Shown here: one piece after another, positions 39,377 through 51,812 of the stretch
Position numbering within the stretch: position 1 is the stretch's first letter
Layout of the letters: each line of letters opens with the position of its first letter
Assembly: GCA_022813865.1 (NCBI GenBank)
Contig: JALDZX010000007.1
Location: 1 to 64,000 of the forward strand
Direction: 5' to 3'
Origin: Xylographa opegraphella
Lineage: Eukaryota
DNA length: 64,000 bases
Position numbers and translations under genes: made by a program
The notes under the pieces: model-generated
What the model saw: only the letters and a program-made list of their open reading frames with translations
What the model was told of the DNA's origin: nothing
Databases searched by the model: none

Positions 39377-41281
39377 TCAGACTATCAGATCTCCATCCTC
39401 GTCCACTTCATAGTCGCCCCAGTCCTCGTCCTCCTCCTTCTCCTCAATGACTCGCATTCCCAAGTCACTCGCCGAGACGTCTCCGGTCCAATTATCGCCC
39501 GCCTCGATCTTCTTGGTAGTGATGTTCCTCTTATAGCTGCGCGCCTCGGAACCAAACGGAGGGGTGACGAAGACCCAGTCCTCCTTACTCAAGCACCGTG
39601 CCATAGTCTCACGTTGGTGTACATCGTCGGTGGCTTCCTGTAGGTCCCACACGCGGCACTGCTCCTCCGCGTCGGTTTCCGGAAACTCGAACCAGAATTT
39701 GTAGGCGCCCACGACGACGATGCGCAGACACGGCAGGTGAGAGTCGGAGATTCGCTGGGCGATCCGGTACTCGAGTCGGCTCTCCAGCTTCTCGTCCTTG
39801 CTTGGGTTGGAGATCGAGTCTGGAGAAATAATCAAGACTCGCAGGTCGTGGAAGCTGGAATCGTTGGGGTGGATGGTATCGACTATTAGGGATCTTAGAT
39901 CGATGTAAGGAGCGAGCATGTGTTGGACGTCGCGACCCCAGCTACTGGCCATGCGGCAGCTTCCGTTTGTGACCCCAGTAGCCAGGTCGACTGTCTCCGG
40001 AACAAGGGTCTCGTCGAAGAGGTAGCTGGTCGGGTAGGTGTCCTTCACAGGGCCACGATCTGATGCTCGTTCAGCGTCCCCGGTACAGATTTGGCGATAG
40101 GATGGCTCACCTTCCCAGAGAATGTCCAGCTCTTTGGGGTACTGGTTGAAGCTACGATAAGCAGCCCAGGTCGGAATGATCCACTGCTGGATAGTATCAC
40201 GGAAGGGAGCTAAGACTTCTATCAACGCCGCTCGCTCCTGGTCACGAGTGCGCCGCCAAGTATGTATGTCCGGTCGGTAGTCGAGCGCCTCGTATATAGG
40301 GACCTGAAGCTTTTTGATTGACGGGGTCAACCAGGCCCGGAGTACTTCCGCTAAGGAGAGGTATTTTGCATGGTAGACGCATTTCACATTGAAGTGTAAG
40401 CTCTCCAGAATAGGGAAGGCCTTCACTTGGGATGCGAAGAAGGAGGAGTTCAACTCAATTTTGCCCGAGTATTTGTCAATCAGTGTCAGGCTCTTCAGTG
40501 CTGGGAGCAGGTCTCCAGTCTCACCATCGGGGTACACGGTTTGCAGAATGTCGTCGAAGGGTGTGATGCCGAACCTAGTCTCCTCCTCGTCTTCCATGTA
40601 GTAGGCATGGGTTTTTCTCGCAGCAGTAACATTGAGGTGTTCCAGCTTCGGCAAAGTCCTCAAAGCCTCCCCAAGGCCAGCACCTTCTCCGAGAAGCAGG
40701 TTCTGCATAGTCAGACTTCGTAGCCGCAAGAGCTTCTCTAGAACGCTAAAATCCAGCACAAGTAGAGCGGCAGACTTTTCGACCAGCACTGGTCCCCGAT
40801 CGTCCGTTTCCCACTCAAAGCAATGTTCCGAAGAGTCCCCGATCCGTAACAAAAGGTTCTGTATTGACTTGGCTTCCGAAACACATTCTAGAGAGTCTTG
40901 GTAGATGGTGCCACTATGCTTGATTGTTTTCAGCATTGGGAATTTAGGAAGTGCCATCACCAAAATCCCAACTAATTGCTCTGACGTGTGGTATGACCCC
41001 TGATCACCACTAAATTGCCACTTCAGCCATAGGTTCTTGACGCGGCTCCCGTCAGGTTGGAAAGGCCCGCTCAGACGGAAGAACGTACGGAGGTCACCGG
41101 TTGCAAACGGCCGATCCAAAGTTGTCTCAGTGATAACAAGATCCCTGTACATCTGAGAGTTGACGTAATGACAGAAAAACTTGCAGGTTTGTTTCCAGCT
41201 AAGAAGGGTAATCCTATCTTCAGTATGCTGTATGATTGTCGTGAGAACATCCCATGGGAAAGTCAGGCCTGTAGGGTTCAT
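39377..41281 (-). CDS. Intronless F-box-like / LRR-like protein of unknown function (about 634 aa)
   Basis: Single long ORF whose first ATG is at 41281 (MNPTGLTFPWDVLTTIIQH..LLSWKQTCKFF, F-box-like). It has LxxLxL repeats, an acidic tail and an adjacent paralog. Confidence 0.8.
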   Translation of the reverse strand: MNPTGLTFPWDVLTTIIQHTEDRITLLSWKQTCKFFCHYVNSQMYRDLVITETTLDRPFATGDLRTFFRLSGPFQPDGSRVKNLWLKWQFSGDQGSYHTSEQLVGILVMALPKFPMLKTIKHSGTIYQDSLECVSEAKSIQNLLLRIGDSSEHCFEWETDDRGPVLVEKSAALLVLDFSVLEKLLRLRSLTMQNLLLGEGAGLGEALRTLPKLEHLNVTAARKTHAYYMEDEEETRFGITPFDDILQTVYPDGETGDLLPALKSLTLIDKYSGKIELNSSFFASQVKAFPILESLHFNVKCVYHAKYLSLAEVLRAWLTPSIKKLQVPIYEALDYRPDIHTWRRTRDQERAALIEVLAPFRDTIQQWIIPTWAAYRSFNQYPKELDILWEGEPSYRQICTGDAERASDRGPVKDTYPTSYLFDETLVPETVDLATGVTNGSCRMASSWGRDVQHMLAPYIDLRSLIVDTIHPNDSSFHDLRVLIISPDSISNPSKDEKLESRLEYRIAQRISDSHLPCLRIVVVGAYKFWFEFPETDAEEQCRVWDLQEATDDVHQRETMARCLSKEDWVFVTPPFGSEARSYKRNITTKKIEAGDNWTGDVSASDLGMRVIEEKEEDEDWGDYEVDEDGDLIV

Positions 41282-41456
41282 TTCCAAAGGAAGTGGATCC
41301 AATCAGGAGAGAGACTTTTATGAAGATGGCGGAAGTAGAGTTGGGTACAGCTTCAAGAAGAGTTACAGCTGGTTTCAAAAGCGCTCAGTCGGTATTATGA
41401 TGTCTACTTTGTGAGGCTTAAGAGGAAGAAAGAAGAACCATAGAAGATTAAGCTTG

Positions 41457-41605
41457 TTGCTCATATATATATCCCACGCTATATAACAACAACACCAGAA
41501 ACTATGAATCAACAATCGCTATAACGATAACACTGACAAAGATTTTCGGCAGAACAATAGCTATTCGTGCAGCGGTGCGATTCACTAAACACCGATATTG
41601 ACTGA
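41457..41605 (-). promoter_or_regulatory. Conserved upstream block of the intact F-box-like gene
   Basis: Shares TTGCTCATATATA, ATCAACAATCGCTA, ACACTGACAAAG and GCAGAACAATA with 38110-38275. Confidence 0.6.
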
Positions 41606-43621
41606 AACAGCAACACAGGGAGATCATTAACACATGTAACGTTTGTTTATAAACAACAGGTGTTCAAGGTACGGTTGTCTGCGTCGGCGGCGGCTCACCA
41701 ACGGAGTTTAAGGCTCTGTATCTCACAGAGTCGTTCAGCATTCGCCATATGACGGTGGTACCGTAGCACAGGTGCCCTTTCGGTAAGGCTATGACAGAGC
41801 CTTTGTCCTACATATCACACACTCATAGCGCCGGTAGTTCATGTTCATCTGTCGGTGAGGTCTATAGAGCCATCGCGAGTTTCGAAATACTCAATTCAAA
41901 ACGACTAGTAAAGACGAACTCCTTCGATGGATCAAAGAGCAAATATTGATACATGTTTGAATGCGCGGATAGATTTGTACAATTCTCGAGTAGACCCCCT
42001 GAGTTCTTAAATCTGAGCTTGACAGCACTATCAGCTCCCCAGTCACAGGCTGTAATAAAAATGATTATAAATCAGCTAGAGCCTCAATGCTGGCCATGGG
42101 TGTGCTATGTTGGAGACAGACATATCAACGATGCTGTCAATGAATGGGCAGCCAGACGCAAGTCGCCCTTCGTTAGTCATAGACCGTCACATACCTACCG
42201 TGCCATCTCCGTCTAGGTATACAGATCCAACCATTGCGCTCCATGTTGCAAACAACGCCAGAGGCTGCTCAGGACTCATTGAAGTATCTCTTTTTCAAGA
42301 GCTATCTCAGTCGGCGAGTAAACTTTTGTAGTAGAACGATAAGTTGAAACTGCGCAGGAAATGTATTTGCGGACATCCGTTGTTCCCTAAGTATAGTTTC
42401 CGCGGAATCAGTTCCTTTCGTATATACCCCGGTCCTTGCGAAATCTGTATCCTGCTCGTAATAGACATTTGGACCAAGGTGCACATATCTCCGGTATATG
42501 GAAGGGAATCCAGAAATAGGACTTTGCCGCACGAAGCTTATTGTCTGCCGCACAAAGCTTCTGAGTATTTCTCCTTCCCATGCATACGACAGACATATCT
42601 TTTACCTTACCTTATGATACAATACACTAACCATGTAGCTTTCAGTGCAGATTAGGGTTTGTGCCCGGAGTTTAAGTGGCCGTCAGAGAGGTCTATTGAA
42701 AAGCCCCATCATGTTACTTGGTTTTCCTATAGGCATGGAGCTGAAGATCACGGCCAAGGTGACAAAGAGGTGCTCAGATCCGGTTTGCCGGGGGCTTAAC
42801 GCGAAGCAGATACTCCATACAAAGAGATCGGACTCGGAATTGATAGTACACTTTTCTGTCATGAAGGGAATGCGGAGACGGCCGGATATGTTCGCACAGT
42901 GCAACAAAGCATGAGACGCTTGATAGGATTAGGTAATCGTCCCATACTGTGTGCCAAGCGGACGGGCGATCGTGATCACGCTAACTGCTTCTGTCCAAAA
43001 TACGTACCATGGGACATAAACTACAGCCTGCTACCGAATGGCTCCAAGTCTTTCTTCACGATACCTCCAGCCCCCTATCCACGATACGAGTCATAGGTAT
43101 CTCCATCGAGGTCCAGCCCCAGGGCGCTGGATGAGCAGAAACTGAAAGCTCGAGATGCGACTCACATGTGTGGCCAACTGTCCGCGGTTCCTCATCTATT
43201 ATTTTACCATGTTGGAGTTATGATTCAGGACATCTATATAAAATATACTTGATCTGAAAACATTCATCCAGCGATGTAGCATATCCAACCACCGTTGTGA
43301 TACCCGATATGCTCGCATCGAAGTCGGTGGAACACGCGGGTATTACCTATCAGGCATTTTTGGAACGACTGTAGGAAGCCTGTGAGTAGTGACAACTAGC
43401 AAGAGACACAACGGGGTGCTTAGAGGGCATCAACCCTTGGGACTGTCAAAAAGGCAAGGAGTTAGAAGCACTACAATGCCGACCTCGCCTCCTTGACCAA
43501 AGCCTCACGCTTACAATTTTGAAATGGATAACATTCACATACGCCATTGCTTGTATACATGCACAGAAATAGTCGTCCCAACCCAGCTCTGCTAGCAACC
43601 ATACACCCAATCCACGAGCAC

Positions 43622-45088
43622 TCAGAGCTGCTCGTTCACAAATAGCCCCGCCATGCCTTGACCCGTCCCAATGCACATGCTTGTCAACAGAATCTTCTTC
43701 TTTTGCCGCCTACACTCACTCAAGCCGGTCACGATCTGCCTCGCACCCGTAGCACCCAGCGGATGACCCAGAGCGATGGCACCCCCCCTGACGTTCATCT
43801 TCGCATGGTCGATCTGCAGCGTGTTGAGGCAGTATACGGCCATGCTGGCAAAAGCCTCGTTGAGCTCGATGATGTCGATATCTGTCTGGAGGTTGAGGTT
43901 GAACTTCGAAAGGAGCTTGGGGATGGCGATGGTGGGGCCAATGCCCATTATGCGAGGAGCGAGACCGGCGACGGTCGCGCCCACGAACTTGCCGAGAATT
44001 GGTTGGTTGAGCTCGATGGCTTTCGAGCGCTTCATGAGAAGAATGGCCGCCGCTATGCATGAGACAGATTAGATCGAGTCTAAATATGCACCGAAATATA
44101 AGGCTTACCTCCATCGGTGACCTGGCTGGAATTCCCGCCTGTACTCTTATCACCAAACTGAGGAAACGCAGGCCGAATTTTGTTAAGGCTCTCGAATGTG
44201 GTACCGTATCTTGGGCCCTCGTCTTTGGTAATTATGACGCGCTTCTCTTCGCCAGTTTTGGGATCCTTCAGAACCGTGCTGATTGGCACAATCTCCTCAT
44301 CAAACCAACCTGCTTTCTGGGCCCTCTCTGCTCGCTGGTATGATTCCGCGGCGTACTTGTCTTGCGCCTCCCGGGAGATGTTGAAGTCTCTGCCCACATT
44401 TTCTGATGTCTGGCCCATAGGTTGCATACAGTCGTTGGCTTCAGGATTCTGGATGATCTCGTCATGAAAGGGCTTTTCGAGGCGGTCTCCGCCTTCTGTC
44501 ATTGATTCTGCGCCAATGGCAAGGCCGACCTCGATGCTTCCCATGCTAATCTGGTTGGCAATATCCTGGACGGCTTTGAGCCCCGACGAGCAGAATCGGT
44601 TGACAGATGAGCCGCCAGTCGTGACCGGGAAGCCAGCACCAAGAGAGGCTGCACGGACAATATAAGCTGCTTTGGCGCTGCTGACCTACACTCATTAGCA
44701 TTACAATTGCGAATGAGTATTGTTCCAAAGGACGAACATTTCCCATGCAGATGTCCTCTATCAGTTGAGGATCTATCCGCGACTTTTCAAGCACCTGCGA
44801 GCGTTTAAGCTACTACTTTTCTCCGTGATGCAAGCTGACGCTCATACTCTCTTCAGTAACGAGTACACGAGATAGTCGAGAGGGGTGTCTTTGAAGCCGC
44901 CTCTGCCAGACTTAGCTAACGGCGTTCGAATGGCGAGTGTTATGACCACATCGTCGGGATTCTTGGTAGTGCTGTTAACCGTAAGCTTGTGCCGTTGTCC
45001 AACGGTTCGGTCTTGCTCACATGGCGGCAACCCCACTTTTGGTTGGACTCAGATGGCTGAGGATCGAGCTGAGTCTTTCGGAAGCCAT
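43622..45088 (-). CDS. POT1: Peroxisomal 3-ketoacyl-CoA thiolase
   Basis: PTS2 signal RLSSILSHL, NRFCSSGL catalytic Cys, ELNEAFAS, GGAIALGHPLGATGAR and SMCIGTGQG. Multi-exon. Confidence 0.95.
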
Positions 45089-45690
45089 ATTGATGGAAAG
45101 TTACAAGTACAAAAGAGCCAATTTTGGGAAAGCACCGATATGAAGGAAGTATGAGGTGATGTGGGGAAGTTAGGAGGCATAGAAAACATGGAGAACTTCA
45201 ACAGCCGAGCCGAGGCACATGGTACTCCTTCAGACGCCGCAGCGCTAAAACCATAAGCGAGCTCGGTGAGGCTGGTTTTAGACATTTCGATAAATACGCA
45301 GCATTCCAGAATATACACGCCTCTAGAGGCACGATAACGGCATTGAGGGGCTCGAGGGGCAAAACTGAAGGGTAAGACAAACGCAAACCCTAACGTCACT
45401 TCAGGTCATGATCCCTGAAATAAGGTAAGTTTACCATTTTATGCGCCTGCCTCCTTGGGCCTCGGGCAGAGTCGATACTCACGCAGGGTATTTATTAATC
45501 TATCACGCTTCACCCGTCCTCGATAAGTAGATTTCTGACATCTCTTTCTTGAATAAGCATTTCACTCACTATTCGATCATCTTACAAATTTTTGCACGCT
45601 GCTATTTGCTATTCTCCCCTATTTTCATATTCAATGAGTACTCTAAGTAAACAAAGTAGCTTCCCTACATCGTTGTCACCATCCTGATCA

Positions 45691-47454
45691 ATGACAGATG
45701 GTCCACCAATCCCGAAGTTGATAGACATAACAATATCCGACATTGCTACAGCCCTCGACAATGGCCTTTTCACGTCCGAGCAGCTTGTGCGAGCCTACCA
45801 AAAGCGCATCTCCGAAGTCGATAAGACGTTCAATTCTGTTTTGGAGGTGAACGAGGACGCCATAAACATCGCTCGCAAGCTAGATGACGAAAGACGGCGG
45901 AGCGGAAGACGAGGGTACCATGCCCTTGAACCTCAGATCCCTTTAATATGTTTCAATCTGATGCTAGCCATTGACACGAAGCCCACTCCATGGCGTGCCG
46001 ATTCTCCTCAAGGACAACATCCATACAGCAGATAATATGTTAACGACGGCCGGTTCTATGGCTCTTATCGGTGCAGGACTGAAGCACGAAGCCACTGTAG
46101 CTACCAAGTTGCGCGAAGCCGGGGCGATCCTCCTTGGGAAAACAAACATGTCAGAGTGGGCTAATTTTCGCTCGGAGAACTCGTCCAACGGCTGGAGCGC
46201 GAGGGGTCAGCAGTGTATAGGCCCGTACTGTCCATTGCAGGATCCTTCAGGTTCTAGCAGTGGATCTGGAGTCGCCACTGCGCTTGGGCTTGCCCTGGCC
46301 TCGATTGGGACAGAGGTACGCCAACTCCAGCGCTGCAGTTGATTGTAATTGATCAAGTCCTGTAGACAGATGGCAGCATTACTTGTCCGGCCGAGGCGAG
46401 TAATATCGTGGGCATCAAGCCTACTGTTGGCCTTGTAGCGAGGGACGGCGTTATTCCGATTTCCGAGATCCAAGATACTATCGGCCCCATGGCTCGGACA
46501 GTCAAAGACGCGGCTGCAATTCTTGGCATCATAGCTGGTAAAAGCGATTTTGACAGCCGTACGCAACAAATACCTTTCGATAAGATTCCAGACTATGGAG
46601 CGCTATGCCGGGACACCAACCTAAGTGGCATTCGTATCGGTGTTCCAAAGGAGGGAATACATGACGTGCTTCTTTCAGTCATGAATAGGTTTGACTACGG
46701 CATCCACGAGCTCGAAAAGGCAGGCGCCGAGATCCTCGAGAATGTGGACTTCGCGTGCTTAAAAGAGTGGGCGGATTGGGACGAGGACGAAAGATTCTCG
46801 ATTTTGAGCGCCGATTTCAAGAAAGCAATTGACGAGTACCTCGAAGCCTTGGATGTGAACCCCAAGAAGTTTCAGACCCTCGAGGATTTAGTCGCCTGGA
46901 CCGAAAAGCAGCCCGAAGAAGAATACCCGTCACGCGGCATCGAACGATGGCACGGTGCTCTACGAGCCGCTGACTTGCCACCCGAGGAACTGCTGCGACG
47001 ACGGGAGAAGAGTCTCCGATGTAGTAAAGAGGATGGCATCCTCGGTGCTCTGGAAAGCAATAAGCTGGATGCTCTCATCTACCCGGGCACGGGCAAATGT
47101 CATATAACTTTTGCGGCTCGTGCTGGCTATCCGGTCATCACAGTGCCGCTGGGCCATTATCCTTCCCACAAGGAGGAGGTCAAGAACAAGCGAGGCAGCC
47201 TCATTGAGACCGCCCCAGGAGTGCCGTAAGAAGGCCCCCGCCCTATTATGGAGAACGCTGATGTACTGACGGATCTTTTTCATAGTTTCTGCCTCTGTAT
47301 AATTGGTAGACCCTTTTCTGAGGAGGTCTTGATTCATATCGCGTATGCTTTTGAGCAGCTTACTCAGGTTCGGAATCAGCGACAGCCGTTCTTGGTGCCG
47401 ACGACGGAAATTGATGATGTTCTTGCTACCTGGCCAACTAGACAGGCAGAGTAA
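45691..47454 (+). CDS. Amidase-signature family enzyme
   Basis: PLHGVPILLKDNI, GKTNMSEW, PSGSSSGS, IGTE|TDGSITCP (Ser-cisSer-Lys triad) and GIKPTVGLV. Three introns. Confidence 0.93.
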
Positions 47455-48146
47455 CATATACGTATGCCATATACATGAATAAAGGGAGCGTTGGTAGCCT
47501 GGGGCCCCGATTATGCTCTGTCAAGAATTCCTGGTATCTAGTTCAACTACTTCTTCTCTTGACGTACAGAAGACAGATTTTTGTACAAACATCACAAGCG
47601 CTTCATATACTGCAAAGAATACTAGAAGTCAGCCCATATTTGTCCCTCCGATCCAACCATATTCAGAGTCCATGCCGGAGCCGAGTATTGACGAGATGGT
47701 CCTGTTAGCACGACGTACATATATACCACCTACCAAAGAAGTTTTAACCCCACTTCCCCCCATTCTCTCACATTCCCTATCGTTCTGATTAGAAAAGCCG
47801 GAGTGCGGTTCGTGCGTACATCATCAAGCCTCACCGCCACCCCGGCTGCCATAGCCCCAAACACATTCCTCGGTCCTACCAACCATGTCTTCTTGCTTCC
47901 CATACCTCCTTTATCCAGCTGCATCTCGTGAACGTGAATAGCGTTACTCTTGTAGGAGTCATCTCTGACCAATCCCGCCAATTCGACCACTGAACTTCCA
48001 GCTACTACAACGAAAGTAAATGTTACAGTAAACAGTATCTCACATGCGCTCCCAGAGTTCGTTATTGGGAGTACATGAGGTTGGTTCGGCCGCAATGGCG
48101 AGTTTCATCGTCGTTATTAACTAAGAGACTACTCGGTACCGAAGTC

Positions 48147-48299
48147 TCTGAATAGGGAGAATATCTGAATAGGGAGAATATCTGAATAGGGAGAATATCT
48201 GAATAGGGAGAATATCTGAATAGGGAGAATATCTGAATAGGGAGAATATCTGAATAGGGAGAATATCTGAATAGGGAGAATATCTGAATAGGGAGAATA
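48147..48299. repeat. Perfect minisatellite (TCTGAATAGGGAGAATA)x9
   Basis: Nine identical head-to-tail 17-bp units with no spacers. Confidence 0.97.
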
Positions 48300-48761
48300 G
48301 GACGAGGGAATGCAGTGTGGAAGAGATGATTTTCGAAAACCGTGGGTTGCTCGACGAGATTTTGGTGCTCTTGGCGGTGTCCCCGAGCCCGGAGGTATCC
48401 TACCTGCTTAGAGACAGGATAAAGGACCGAGAGTTCATAAGCGGTTGGTGCAAAATAACGAAGCGCGTTATCGTGCAGAATGGAGGACTGCTACGGTAAA
48501 GGGGTCAAGTGTTCATGACGGGAATATGTTCTTCCAGTACAGAAGTAATAGCACCAAGTTGAGAGATGAGGCTTGAGTATAGCTAGCGGCAAAGACAGAT
48601 TCCCTCAATGAAGCAGAGACGTAAAACTAAACATGGTGTATCCCGCACTCTGATGCTAGTGTTAGCGACGTGTCAACCCATCTCCGCACTGGCATTCTAT
48701 GCCTAAACCGTTGCGAGAAATGCAGCATCCAAGCTCAACCCTTCGGCATCCCAATGCTCCA

Positions 48762-49690
48762 TTAAAGCCGTGATCTAACGTCCGACGAAGCACTCGAGTC
48801 CACAAACGCCGCGACCGGCAGTCTCACAGGTATTGGCCTCGGCGCAGCCATCACTCCCCTCACCATCGCTCTCGGAGGCAGGTCCAGAAACGCCTCCTCC
48901 ACCAGAGCCGCCACGTCTTGCGCGCACCGAAAGAAAGCGACCATCCAGCCCCACCCTGGCTGTACGAGTGTACGATACGGCTCGGCAGCGCCGTCATGCT
49001 ACCGCCTTGATATGTGACTCGTGGCCGAAGTTCCCGTTCCACGCGGACGTTGTGCTGGCGGAAAGGACGCAGACCTTGCGCCAAGGGGTAACTCGGGATC
49101 CAGGCACGCGTGCTTGAGGGACGGCAGGAAAAGCCTCGCAGCGAGCTCGCATGCGCTTGATGATGGGCGAGTCGAGGGTCAGAGACAGCTCGGGTGCAGC
49201 TACTATCGCATCCCATATATGATAGACCACTATGCACCATCTCGCTTGGAAGGTTGGAGGGATATAGCATCGGCACGCTGGCCACAGACCGCGGGCGGAA
49301 ATTCCCACAGCGCACCAGCTATCCGAGAAGTGAGACGCTTGCCTTTTCCATATGAAGCCCATTCTTTGGCAAGAATCGTGACATGATAGCCTTTGTCTAG
49401 TAGAGCACCCATGCAGTGACTAGGCCTGTGACTCTACCCCCTACAATCAAAATGCGGGGTGATGAAGCAGTAGATGCCTGGAGAGGAGTAGGGAATGGTG
49501 TAAGATCTCTCCAAAAGACAAGACCTCCACTTTGTGAAGTGGACCTATCGGACGATGCAATAGTGGTGGGGAAAGGATGCCTAGTCGGGTCAAATGTCTC
49601 CTGTATAGGTGTGTTTGATGCAAGCAGGAGCTGAGGGTTGATATGTTGAACAATAACGAGCCCTTGGATCCCTCAAGGTTGGACAAGGTA
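48762..49690 (-). pseudogene. Decayed FAD-dependent D-amino-acid-oxidase-like gene with an internal deletion
   Basis: Fragments across several frames: RILIVGGRVTGLVTAWVL/LDKGYHVTILAKEW..RLTSRIAGALWEFPPAVCGQ, joined almost directly to the C-terminal QGLRPFRQHNVRVERE..IVHSYSQGGAGWSLSFG. The 5' limit is approximate. Confidence 0.75.
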
Positions 49691-50523
49691 GATTCATATG
49701 GAAAATGTCAGCCTTTTTAAGGACCGAGAAGAATTTTGAACACATATGACAATGCAAAATAAGCAACATGTTTTAGTATCAGGCGTTCTGGTAATAGGGC
49801 AAGAAATAAATAACTTTACGTAACGCACTCTTCCCTATAGAAATGTGTGGTCCTCCAAGCAGAAACCCTGTCTGTGGGAATCCTGCATCGGCATTCCTTC
49901 GGTATTCAAATGGAGTCCTAAGTGCGCTACTGGCTAAATAAATCCGCCTGGGCTGAGCTGAGCAGGCTGTGTAAAAGTTGTAGAGTCGGCACTAGCTCAT
50001 CTGCCTCATCAACTCATCAACTGCATAAAAGTAGCTTTAGGCTAGGAGGCAGACCCGAGGATGCAATGGATGCGCCAATAATAATTTGCCCCACAAACAT
50101 CGTGTAACTCATTCGAACTTAAAGCGGTGTAAGTCTTACTGACATACATACTCACAGAATCAGTTCTCCCAGACCGGTACTCTCGGTCTCGATGCCAAAG
50201 CCGCATCACGAGCAAGGTTTGTGTGGTCGGTGGAAAAATTCATTCGGGTTTCCACTACTAGCACTATCAGTATCGGCTTGATGTTATGTTGCCATGCCCC
50301 GTAGAATGCAACCCAAAGGCGCTGGATAATGCTTCCTACCAATGAACCGCTCCTTATGCTTTGACCTTCTCAGTACGCGAAAGATTCATTGTAAGCAGAG
50401 TTCGAGACTCGAATGTTTGAAATGGTATTTAAGCGAGCACGACGTTGACCCGCTCACAGAATAAGCTGGCTGCTTATCCATTGCAAGAATTGAAACACGA
50501 GCTCTACAACCGCCCACAACAGA

Positions 50524-51220
50524 ATGGCAATCGAATCAAAGCCCCCACCAAGACCGTTTCTCAGCCTTGGGCAAGACTTTATAGTTTCACCATCGCCACT
50601 CAAGCAGCCAGGGCCACATTCGCTAAAGATCCTGGTGATTGGTACGGGGGTCAGTGGCTTGATTTCAGCATGGATGCTTCTTGATCGAGGTTATCATGTT
50701 ACAATTGTCTCGAAAGAGTTCGCACCCTTTGCAAAAGCTCAGCGGCTTACATCTCAGATTGGGGGCGTGTTATGGGAATTTCCTTCTGCGTCATGCGGAC
50801 CCTCAAATTTCGCCACAGTACATCGAAAAAATACGAAGATTTGCTTTGGAAAGCTACAAGTCGTATTCAGATTTGGCTGTCGAGCCCAAAATTGCTTTTG
50901 ATTTTGGAGTTAAGCTTCGGATGAATCTCTCTTGTTTTCCTCTCGATATCGAGACGCATCAGGTCGAGCTCGAGAGAGTCAAGGAAATCGAAAAGGCCGG
51001 TCTGCGAGGCTTTCGACACGACAAAAGCTTACTTCATGAATATCCTAACTCGGGGGCAGGTGTAGCCGATGCTTTTGAGCACTTGTCCCCGGTCATCGAC
51101 ACTGACCAGGCCAATGTTCTTTCTGATGGAGATGGTAAGAAATAAAGGGGCTACCTTGATCCAGGATAACTTTAAGCACGATCTCTGGGAGACAGAAAGC
51201 GAGCTTCTGGAAAAATTCGT
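50524..51220 (+). pseudogene. Second D-amino-acid-oxidase-like gene, frameshifted and 3'-truncated
   Basis: KILVIGTGVSGLISAWMLLDRGYHVTIVSKE..RLTSQIGGVLWEFP. Frame changes at about 50802 and 51113 without intron signals (..FEHLSPVIDTDQA/MFFLMEMVRNKGA). Similarity is lost after about 51220. Confidence 0.75.
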
Positions 51221-51748
51221 TCCTGGTGGAACAGGTCATAGCGTCCACCGAGAACTTGTGAAATTGGGGAAGGAAGCGATCGGACGAGAGCGACTCCTCG
51301 GAACGCTTCAACAGCACTGGGGTAGAGCTGAGCCTCAACGGCTTGGGCTTCGCTCAGTAAGATCTTTGTATTTCATGGTGATGTTGTACGTCTCGTTTGT
51401 CTGGTGCTCTAAGCCAACCAAAAGCGTGGTGTTCACACATGCCCATCTGCTGTGATTAATCCATACGACATTCCTTCTGCAACGCTGACGCTCACCCGGT
51501 GCTGGTAGTAACTCGTGCATTGTCGTTGCGCTGACGTTGAAATAGCCCCCTGTTGGTGACTACGGGAACTAGACTTATTGTAGTTAGTATGACCTGCTTT
51601 TCGCCGCCTGCAGGCACACCGTACGGATTGAGGAGCTTTCTTGTCAGCCAGTGGTCGTACGGAGGATTCCAACCCTCGACCGCCGTCTCCCGGCCTCGCC
51701 TCTAGGACTCCGAGAAGGTGATTCCTCGGCGCGCTTAGAACGGCAGGA

Positions 51749-51812
51749 ACAGCAGGGTCGAGGCGCTGCTGACGGCTCCAACAGCAGGGTCGAGGCGCTG
51801 CTGACGGCTCCA
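51749..51812. repeat. Exact 32-bp tandem duplication plus a degenerate partial third copy
   Basis: (ACAGCAGGGTCGAGGCGCTGCTGACGGCTCCA)x2, read directly. Confidence 0.9.

Noticed and set aside
41950..43100. Possible gene relic between the F-box gene and thiolase
   Set aside because: Several short ORFs on both strands, none with recognisable motifs or consistent splice signals.
45385..45394. Telomerase RNA template or telomeric seed (AACCCTAAC)
   Set aside because: A single 9-10 nt match in a short divergent promoter with no supporting structure; expected by chance or as a factor-binding site.
48147..48299. CRISPR array
   Set aside because: The units are identical and contiguous with no spacers, the context is eukaryotic, and there are no cas genes.
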